A stretch of 62,233 bases of DNA, counting the filler, from Choristocarpus tenellus KU-1152 (lineage: Eukaryota; Protista; Phaeophyceae), in the NCBI GenBank assembly GCA_964200185.2. It is 13 parts of 13 records of this genome, joined end to end, with 100 filler letters (N's around TTAATTAATTAA, not from the genome) between each part and the next. Parts side by side here need not be neighbours in the genome. Positions count along the whole stretch, not along the records: positions 52,752 to 56,598 come from CAXNAD020017594.1; positions 56,699 to 59,271 come from CAXNAD020026661.1; positions 59,372 to 62,233 come from CAXNAD020024136.1; 10 more parts are not named here. The stretch is one strand, 5' to 3'. Below, piece after piece: positions 53,478 to 62,233 of the stretch. The notes below the pieces were generated by a model. The model did no database searches. It saw only the letters and a program-made list of their open reading frames with translations, and was not told where the DNA came from. Numbering within the stretch: the stretch's first letter is position 1; each line of letters starts with the position of its first letter. Made by a program: the position numbers and the translations under genes.

Positions 53478-54312
53478 CTGGGTCACATTGGTGTCCACGG
53501 CCACGGTTAGCTTCCTCACCAAGGACAAATCATCCTCTCCTGAAATCTCCCTCAGGACGTCATGGGAGCAGAGATCTGGGTTCTGCCCACGCTCTTCCTC
53601 CTTCAACCCCTCATCATTCCCTTGTCTCCTATTGTAAACACTCCATCTCCCTCCTTTTGGCACTAAGGTCCGGCCGACACCACTCTCTTCTAGCATGCTA
53701 GGATATCTTCTTATGGCCCCGTCTACACCAACGACTGTATGAGGATATATGAAGGGGCAAGTACAACCCGAAAATCAGTGGAGACCAGCTCCTTATTTCT
53801 TTGAAAAAGTCTAACAAAAGGTATCGGCTAGGGCATGGAAGACGCAAGGGGCTTGGACAAAGTATTTAGTAGTGATCAGTATTGTCGTTACTTCAGTGCG
53901 ACACACTGTACTCCCGTATTTAGGGGTACTTCCAACGGCTTCCGTCGCTAGGTGAGTAAAATTGGAAAACTATGAGTGTCTTAAGAAGAAAAAATACCAC
54001 TCTTGTTTTGGGGCAAGTATGGGAACTGCACGTTTGAAGATTTCTGCCAGGTGCTTCTCTCGATTGGATAAATCTACTTCGTGATGACACCACACCTGGG
54101 AACCCCCATCACTTCAAGGTTATATCAAAACGCTAGCGTGTCTGGCGTAACAATATTAAGCCTTTAAAAGAATGAATTTCCACGTTACCTCCAATCGAGT
54201 GCACCATCTCAGCTACGCTGGAAGAATGATCTTCTGCTTCTGCCTCCTTGTCTGAATCCTCCTCTACGCTGATTAGCAACTTGGACAATCGATCATAGAA
54301 TTCGGGTCTCAT
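53478..54312 (-). CDS. LRRC56/ODA8-like protein, 5' exons
   Basis: Exon 53697-53478 ends LREISGEDDLSLVRKLTVAVDT, resembling the pre-LRR cap of LRRC56 (recalled as LQALARVDDLRLVRTLEMCVDT). Upstream exons 54312-54189, about 54095-54001 and about 53947-53892 can be joined in phase. LRR exons were not found before the contig end. Confidence 0.45.
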
Positions 54313-54957
54313 ATCAGGTGTTAACGCGACACTAAGTCCAAATCACAAGCTACAATATCTCTTTTTAAGCTTGGGACACTCGCAGGTCTGGTATCATTGT
54401 TGGCACGGAGACTCCAGGCCTTGGGATTCCCTTAACCGTGTCTCATGTTTGATATCGAGGATGGTCAGATAGAAGTAGCTAGGCATCGCAGTGCACATCA
54501 CCGGAGCATGTGTCGAGTTCAACGTGGAGACTATTAGTCTACAAACTGATTTTATACATTCCTCGCTGTAAAAATTGAATGTATACGTGTCTCGTCACAA
54601 TTCCGATTCGAAACGTCGTGTAACGTTCGCGTGCGTTCCACACCCTTATCTTCACTAATCACTCTTCTTGCAACTGCACTTTGCATTCGGCGGAGTAGTG
54701 CCAGCCATTGGTGAGGGGAATAGTGACAGTTCGAGTGGTGTGAGGAAAGGGGGGCGGGTTGGAGTAGGGGTGGTAGAGAACTTGGTGATAGTGACGCTGA
54801 TTGTAGTTAAGGACGAACATTAAGAAATATCAGGAAAGTTGACGCAGGTGGATAACGGAAGAAGGGCATTTTCTTGGTAAAGATATCCACTTTGCGGTTC
54901 ACTTAATCGTTGCTTAGCTACAAGAGGTTCAGATACTAACATCACTGTGAACTTAAC

Positions 54958-56167
54958 ATGGTGAACGGAGAAAACGCCGCAGCGCCATCGCTCCTACCTA
55001 GCGTGAACTTTCAATACCAGGTGACAATGGTAGCGATACTCCAAAGAAAACAGAGAGGAATAGGGAAGCACTGCTTGTGTCGATACTGGTCTGGGAAGAA
55101 GCATCTTAAGATTGTGTTTCCTTAAGCAATGCTCTGTAAGGTTATCGTGAAGATTTTGGCTCGCTCACTCATTCCAACGCAAACCTCCTTAAAAAATTAC
55201 TACAAGGGTCGTCTTCTAGCTACGCAGCAGCGGAAGAAAAATGCTGAGCATGACGCACAGCTTCTACAAAACCGAATCAACCTCCTCAGGAAGGAAGAGG
55301 CAAAGGTAAGGCGTGTGGTCTTGCAATTGAATTCTTGGCAATGTTGCCTTGCGTTGGTTCTGCTTCAAACCAGAATTCGCGCTACTTGAAGGACTTCTTC
55401 TAGAATAAACCATCTCCGTCTCTTTGCACCTTTGCCCTTGATTTCCTGTATATTTTATGTGGGATATCCTTACTTGTTGCAGAGGAAACCTTACAAATTA
55501 TATTAATTGAAGACTTGGAACATGGCTATATATCCAAGCTTGGCATGTTCATATTGACCTTTCTATGGAGTAGTTTCGTTCTCACAACTTGTGCACCTCT
55601 AGGCCCCTACGATAATGCTTTGACGTACAAACACTGGACCTAAGGAAGAGAAGTACAAGGAAAAAGAAAAAGAGGCAAAGTATCTTAGAGGTTAGAGCCG
55701 TGTCCATTTGGGGACAAAAATCCAATGTGGCGATTTAGATGTAATTTTTCGTATCGTGTTTGTTAGGAAGTGTTAACATCCATGTCTCGGACACACCTTT
55801 TCATAACGTATATATTTTACCTACTCCTAAACATTTTGGAGTAGGAAAATGTCATAAAAAACCCATGAGAAGCGAAGCCCCAAATGAAGAAACAGAGCAA
55901 AACTCGTACCCTCTAAGATACTTTCACTCAAAATCCGATTTCTGTTTCTTACTGGTTTGTTATGATGTCTCAAATTGAAGGCGATTTCTCTGGACCTGTA
56001 GATGTAATTAGCCAACATTTAAGAGTGGATAATTCAAATATACAAGTTAAGTTTACCCCGACTCTAAACTCAACCCTAACCCCACCCTGCAGGCCTGGAA
56101 GAAAATTGAAACAACTAAAAAGCGATCAGAGGAGATCCTTCGGATGCGGGAAGAGAATGAGCGCAGG
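54958..56167 (+). CDS. Conserved protist-type coiled-coil protein, first three exons
   Basis: Phase-0 exons 54958-55020, 55207-55305 and 56093-56167 give RKKNAEHDAQLLQNRINLLRKEEAKAWKKIETTKKRSEEILRMREENERR. Confidence 0.8.
55672..55929 (+). mobile_element. MITE family A (intronic)
   Basis: GAG..CTC termini; AAAA flanks, so TSD length is ambiguous. Confidence 0.9.
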
Positions 56168-56357
56168 GTAGTATGTAGGATCAATGCAGTGGAGAAAGAG
56201 GTAACAATATTGTCATGTGTTCATTCTACGAATGAACATATGAACCTATGGGTTGCAAATATATCTAGTGCAGGCTTTAGATCATTGTGGTATTTGGTTT
56301 GCCTTGTTTGAAATAGCACAGAACTGAAATCCTTTGCCTTGTTGCCATGCTCAGTCA

Positions 56358-56536
56358 GACCCAAAGTATCTGGGGGAGGGTGGGGGTCTACACCAGGGTG
56401 TCCATTTGAGCCATAACCAGGAAATGCACTTACATTAACCATCCGACGTATGGAACCAAATCACCAAAAAACCGCGACATGAAAGATTGGCCCCAAATGG
56501 ACAGTTGCCACCCCCCCCCCCCAGATACATTGAGCC
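56358..56536 (+). mobile_element. MITE family B
   Basis: Full length; TCA/TCA 3-bp TSD. Further B termini at 56573-56598 and 59372-59393 abut linkers. Confidence 0.9.
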
Positions 56537-56824
56537 TCACTTGCCTCGTCCAAAAATGTAGCTTTCCTGATGGGGTCAAAGTATCGGGGGGGGGGGGGNN
56601 NNNNNNNNNNNNNNNNNNNNNNNNNNNNNNNNNNNNNNNNNNTTAATTAATTAANNNNNNNNNNNNNNNNNNNNNNNNNNNNNNNNNNNNNNNNNNNNGG
56701 TGTTCTGGGGGGGGGGGGGTTTAGAGGTGTGCTCTTCCTTCCTCTTCCTAACTTTTTTTGTTTTTCTTGCCCCCCCCCCCCCCCCCCCCCCCCTCCCCTC
56801 CCCCTGCGTCCAACTTGCCTTAAG

Positions 56825-57019
56825 GTCAAGGGCAGTGGTCGTTTCCTGGCCCTTTGTTCCATTGCCCCAGCCTCTGTGTCTTTCGATGGGCAGACATTGG
56901 ACTTTACCCATGGCAAGACGCCAGATGGAGTTGGTTATTTGGAGATTCATCTACCAAGGGGCTACGTGGGCAGGCCACGCCCATTGCGCATCAATTGGGC
57001 AGGACCTATATTGTCCTGA
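56825..57019 (+). CDS. Terminal exon of a raffinose synthase/SIP1 (GH36)-like enzyme
   Basis: After a TTAAG acceptor: VKGSGRFLALCSIAPASVSFDGQTLDFTH..YLEIHLP..*, matching the family C-terminal pattern V.G.G.F.A.S...P....DG..+.F.Y...L.+.LP. Confidence 0.55.
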   Translation, partial: VKGSGRFLALCSIAPASVSFDGQTLDFTHGKTPDGVGYLEIHLPRGYVGRPRPLRINWAGPILS

Positions 57020-58220
57020 TAGATTCCCTTTGGTGCGGGACAGAGGTGTTGTGGGCTTAGGGTTTGCAGGAGTTGTGGGTGGCGGTGATGATGATGTCAT
57101 TGTCATGGTCATTAGGGGAAGGTCGATTGAGGGGGATAGATAGGGTACTGGTATTATATTCCAGGTTGAATTCATTCTATTGGTTGAATGTGACTTGGAT
57201 GCCATTTTATTGGTGTTGATGTTGCCTTCTATGTGCTATGATCCCCTGCCCCTCTTGAATATATATTTTAATTGTTATTCTTGATAGGACTCAGTGTTTA
57301 TGCTAGTGTTTTTGGAGTGGTTGTCCCGGGATAGTGGTGCAATAAGAACGTGTGGGGTTTCCTGTGTGAAAAGGCGATGGGGAGTGGCTTTGACATGCAA
57401 TAGCTGCTACCGCTTCTTAGCTTACCTTCCCCCTCTTCCTCACCTAGTCCTCTCTGTCTTTGATATTTGCCCGGAATAGTCCGGTCTGGTGGGGGGTCTC
57501 TGTCCAATGCTCTCTGCTGTATGGTAGTGGGAGGCATGAATTAGGGTTAGGGTTCGTGATTGGAATTGTTTGTACCAGGCTGACTCTGTAGCATATCATT
57601 TTAACCCTCATCCTATTGGCCTTGTTGAAGAAAAAAATTGATGTTTAGAATGCACATTGTAACAAGTCCAGCAAGATGGAATATTTTATAAGAACAGTTT
57701 AATGAAAAGAAATATTGAAGGGGGAGAGGGGGGAGGAGCAAGGGTCAGCTTTTATCTCCTTCTGTGATTCAGAACTTTTTTTGCAGACATTTTTAAAGTG
57801 AAGAGGGACTTGACCCAGTGTAGTCCTTCAGATCTCCCACTCCACAACCAGAATCTTTTATTTCTTTTGTTGTCCCTGAAAGGTACAAGGATTATGTGAG
57901 TTGCTTATTTAGTTAAGGTTGTGGTATACGCCTGTAGTAGAGGTGTGTCACTGGGGGTAGGGAGGGAGGGGGAGCGGGAAACGTTGTGGTGTTTGTAATT
58001 TGTGCAAACTTGTATCCGCATCTTGTGAAAAACAAAGTTCAAGATGGTAGTTTCGGCATCATCAGCAGTGTAGGAGGAGGTGGTAGGGGTGGGTGTAGGC
58101 AGAACCTCCTCCCACTGTGTTTGGTGAAGTTGGGTATTTATGTTGTGTGTATGTTAGTGTGTTTGTGAGTCTCATCTCTCCCTCCCAGGAACCACTGCAC
58201 GCAATGAGAGAGGCATCTAT

Positions 58221-58996
58221 CTACTCGTTGCATGTTGACGACGTTGCAAGCTTTGTGTCCTCTGCAGGCTCTTCTAGGTGAAACGGCCATTAGTTTTATG
58301 TAGTAAGTGGACCATTGAAGAGATTGGGGGCCCCTTGAAAATAGTGATCCTAACTACTCAATCATTGTCAAGGGCCTTCCATGAAGGCGAAACGTTTTCC
58401 AAGCACGTATTTGATGTGTATGGAGGAAAGTCGTTTTTGGCTCCGTCTTTTGTGTGTCCATAGTGTATGTGCTTGTTGCTTATTTTCCTTGTGGGCCAGT
58501 ATCAGCAAGGGTAGGGTGTGTAGTATAACATGGGGTCGACTGGTTCCATGGTGTGTGGCAGGGTGGCAGGAGGGGGGGGTGAGCAGGGAGACGAATGGAA
58601 GAGAAGTCAGAGGTTCTACCCATTGGAAGTTGAGTGTGATGTCATTAGCCTCAACTGAACTGATGATCCATTACCTCTAGGGGGAGTTGTTCTTGACGCT
58701 GCCTTCCTTCCACACGACTGACTGACTTGAGTGATTTGCTGAAGGAGATACCTAACATTTTCAGTTACACTTTCTTGTTGCTGTTTGTACGATACAAATG
58801 AGTACCTCAAATAGTCTCGCTCCCTCTGTCTTGTCCCGGGTTGTGTCAAAGTGGCATGTTTTATCATCAATCTCCTCCTTTGGTGGTGCTTGTCGATACA
58901 CGTCTTCTGTAGGAGTAATTACCTCCTCTGACTTGGCAGCGGTACAGCCATTACTCTCCCGTTTGTATGCATGGTCTAATGTATAACCAGAGTGTG
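58221..58996 (-). CDS. Last three small exons of an unknown gene
   Basis: Phase-matched exons 58996-58923, 58738-58675 and 58273-58221 (TAG), with AG acceptors and GTAAT donors. Low-complexity product. Confidence 0.4.
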
Positions 58997-59858
58997 CTGT
59001 AGGAGCAGCAGAAAGAGGATGAAAAGGACAGTGCATTTTCCATGGGCAGGGCTTCAAGCTTTATGTTTATACTATTTAACTTGAGAGTTTCTAGTGATAA
59101 ATACATGTACAATGCATGTAGTAAGTGACTGAAGCTGTTTGTTGTGAAGAGGTTCGCAAGTCATTGCCAATTCTGAATCCCCCCCCCCCCCTGCAGCAAC
59201 AGACCCAGCACCCTCCCCCCCTGGCCCAGTAGTAGCTCATTGTTGCTATCGCCTTTGTAAGTAGTCTTGTGNNNNNNNNNNNNNNNNNNNNNNNNNNNNN
59301 NNNNNNNNNNNNNNNTTAATTAATTAANNNNNNNNNNNNNNNNNNNNNNNNNNNNNNNNNNNNNNNNNNNNCCCACCCCCAGATACTTTGACCCTTGGCA
59401 TAACCCCTAAGCTGACACATGTTGGCTTGGTGGGGGTGGGGGTGGGGGAGGGTCTTTCTGCTGCTGTGCTGTTTTGAGGTCAGCAAATCGCTACAATGAA
59501 AAAATCAATCCAGCAATAATACAAGATTGAAACCGAAATTGGAGTTGGTTTTAGTTGGACTGGTCATTTAACTTCTCCTGGGGTTCAAAACAAAAAAAAA
59601 CATGGTTAAAAACTTCATCGCTACTCTCGGCATTTCACTTCTTTTCTCAGTCGTGCATTACACATCTTCAGAACACAAAAAAACGTACTTTGTGAGCATC
59701 AGCAGTAATAGAGCCCTGTGCTACTTCAAAAAGCAACGTAAGGCACATTATTATTTTTTACATACCGATTATTATTTTTACATACTGATTAGTATTTACA
59801 CACCGAACCTTTTGATTCACAACAAAACCATTTTTCTTGCAGAAACCCTAACCCTAAT

Positions 59859-60130
59859 GAGCCAAAGTATCTTAGAGGGTAGAGCCGCATCCATTTAGGG
59901 ATCAAAATCCAATGTTGCGATTTTGATGTAATTTTAGCTATTGTGCTTTGTTAGGAAGTGTCAAGATCCTTGTTCCAGACACACCTTTTCACAACGTACA
60001 CATTTCACCTACTCCGAAATATTTTGGAGTAGGGACATGTCATAAAAAAAACTCATGGGAAGCCAAACCCCCCAAATAATGGACAAACAGGGCAAACCTC
60101 GTACCCTCTCTTAATAAGATAATTTCACTC
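59859..60130 (+). mobile_element. MITE family A
   Basis: Full length with small internal insertions; directly preceded by (CCCTAA)2; no TSD. Confidence 0.88.
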
Positions 60131-60607
60131 AAAGATTTCTCACGCAGCATCACAGCCGGAATCGAGATGAACACAACTGAATGGAATTTGGTTCAAAATG
60201 CCCCAGAACCGTAGTAGGTGAGTCATCACTACATGATACATATAGTTCTGATCATCACTCTCAAAATAGATCAGGGTGACACAATGCGAATGATATCCCC
60301 TGACGCATGTATCCACTGAGTAAGGTACTTCAACGGAAATGCACCACAGCATGATATAACCAAGGGTTAGGGCTAGAGAGGAAAAAGTGAACCTTCCTGA
60401 TTCTTGACTAGTGTGTCAATAACAATATGTCACAGAGCTTGAGAGAGTGTGTTAACACATTCATCATGGCTCAGCACCCAGCTGCAAAATGCCTAAACAG
60501 TTTGAATAAATTGATCAATAACATGGGGAAAAATTAACCTCCAACCAACTAAGTGCTTGTAAATCACAACAGTTCAATCGGCTTCAGTCTTGATCAATTG
60601 GAATAAT

Positions 60608-60643
60608 AACCCCAACCCTAACCCTAACCCTAACCCTAACCCA
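60608..60643 (-). repeat. Interstitial telomeric tract, (CCCTAA)4 plus degenerate units
   Basis: AACCCCAACCCTAACCCTAACCCTAACCCTAACCC. Confidence 0.9.
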
Positions 60644-60936
60644 AAAATTTCGTTATTCGTTAAAGAAAATAACAATAAATCAAAAGAGTAAATACTGAAC
60701 GTGTTAGAGGTCACAGAACCACACATCCCTCCCAAGGTGTGACACCACTACCCACTACCCTCTACATATTTCACTGGTCGTAGTTTCAAATCTGTCTACT
60801 GAGACCTGCGGAGGCATTTGGCCTTGTGGAGCGATCCCATCATTTGCGACATGCGTGTCATCTTGTGCGCCGAGGGTTCAATGGGATTGTTCATTGCAAT
60901 TGCAAATTCTTTGGGTTCACAACACCACAAGCGACG

Positions 60937-61182
60937 GACCTCAAAGAGAAGACCTCAAAGAGAAGACCTCAAAGAGAAATTGTGAGCTAAACACTCAGAT
61001 GCAAGAGTTGCACAAGTCACTCAAACACAAATAGAGATATTGTACGTTTGTTAATGTCAAATACTGTCAAATATCTATGACGAGTATAGGTATACCTTCT
61101 AAGTCAAATAGAGATATTATACGTTTGTTAATGTCAAATACTGTCAAATGTCTATGACGAGTATAGGTATACCTTCTAAGTC
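60937..61182. repeat. Local tandem duplications
   Basis: (GACCTCAAAGAGAA)x3 at 60937-60978, and a ~77-bp unit twice at about 61029-61182. Confidence 0.9.
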
Positions 61183-62233
61183 ATTGGGTGTTGAACTGAC
61201 TTTGCCCTTCAACTCTGCAGTATATTGAACCCTAAAATATAACCGGAATCCCAGCAAAACAAAGCCCTACTAATACTACCAACTCCCTGCCGTTAAAAAA
61301 AAAAAGTTCCTTTGAAAAAACCCTTTTTTTTTTTCCAATGGCCCAGGAAACACAATAGCAGTCATTTCAAAAAGGGGCTGGGGTAACAACTTGCAGCAAC
61401 TTCAAGACATCATCGGAGGATGAAGTAAGAAGTATACAAATATGATGTCAGCCTTGATGAGAGGATTCAAAACATGGTCTTAGGATTTGAGAGTATGAGA
61501 AATCGATATATTTTTGACAATCAGAACAATCCTGACACACATTGACAATCTGTGTTTGTGAAGTGTGTAGCATGACCCATCTCCATGAATGTATCCATAC
61601 ATGATCAAAACTATTACACATCATTGACTACAGGTACAGGAGTGCACAGATCGGACTGCAGAGAGTGGACCCATGAGCTAGAGAGTCAGATGGTCTGGCC
61701 ACAGGTTGATAGAGAGGTACCCAGAGCGGCCCAGAGCAGTCATTCAGAGCAAAACCTAGCTTTGCACCTCATTTCGTTAAGAACAAAGTTGTGACCCAGA
61801 CAATACAGTCTAAGATAGGAGGTTGATCCGTCAATTGACACCCCACTTTTATTTCTTATTATTTCTGTATTCAAAATGAATTTTCTGACCCTGGAGTTAC
61901 AAGTGACCTCAACATCAACACGCCTCTTCTTGACAATATAATAATTAATTCTGTACCAAACACTATTTATTATTCTGTGTACCAGTACTGATGAATAAAT
62001 AAAAATTTCATCTTTGGCATCTGTCCTCTCTCTCTTGATGAGAGCCAAGGTCAACGAGAGCTAACCGGGTCAAAAGAGGGTGCAGAACTTTCTTTTTCTT
62101 TCTTTTTATTCTAAAATTTCGTACAGAAACTTCTCCGAATTTTGGCATTTTTTTTTTCTTTCCAAACAGCAATAGAGAAATCAATCCCTTCGAAACAAGT
62201 CGATCTCAATACTCCATGCATAGAAATAGGGGT

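Noticed and set aside
1-62233. Fanzor/TnpB or other RNA-guided nuclease
   Set aside because: No RuvC motifs with a zinc finger and D.NAA.N-type ending were seen in the ORF track or in manual translations.

Overview
Eukaryotic nuclear DNA, intron-rich and full of transposon remains. EsV-1-7 repeats, TTAGGG tracts and the mix of TE types point to a brown alga or close stramenopile (inference). The window is about 13 contigs joined by an artificial N44-TTAATTAATTAA-N44 linker, so adjacency across linkers cannot be trusted. Gene models were built by hand from GT/GC-AG sites with matching phases: a complete 6-exon, about 902-aa EsV-1-7 repeat protein; a 7TM GPCR-like protein (TM1-6 visible); a two-EF-hand protein (3' part); an LRRC56/ODA8-like gene head-to-head with a coiled-coil gene; a raffinose-synthase/GH36-like last exon; and a few unknown genes. 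Mobile DNA includes decayed Gypsy, two Copia, Ngaro/DIRS-like, CRE-type RLE LINE and plant-mariner-type fragments, a LINE 3' end with a triplicated stem-loop, and a probable KDZ transposase fossil. About 20 copies of two sibling MITE families share a terminal AAAGTATCT and a subterminal GTCCATTTG motif and make either 3-bp or 4-bp target duplications. Short interstitial TTAGGG tracts are dense, and one lies inside a MITE terminal repeat. No database searches were run; all family calls come from motif recognition.
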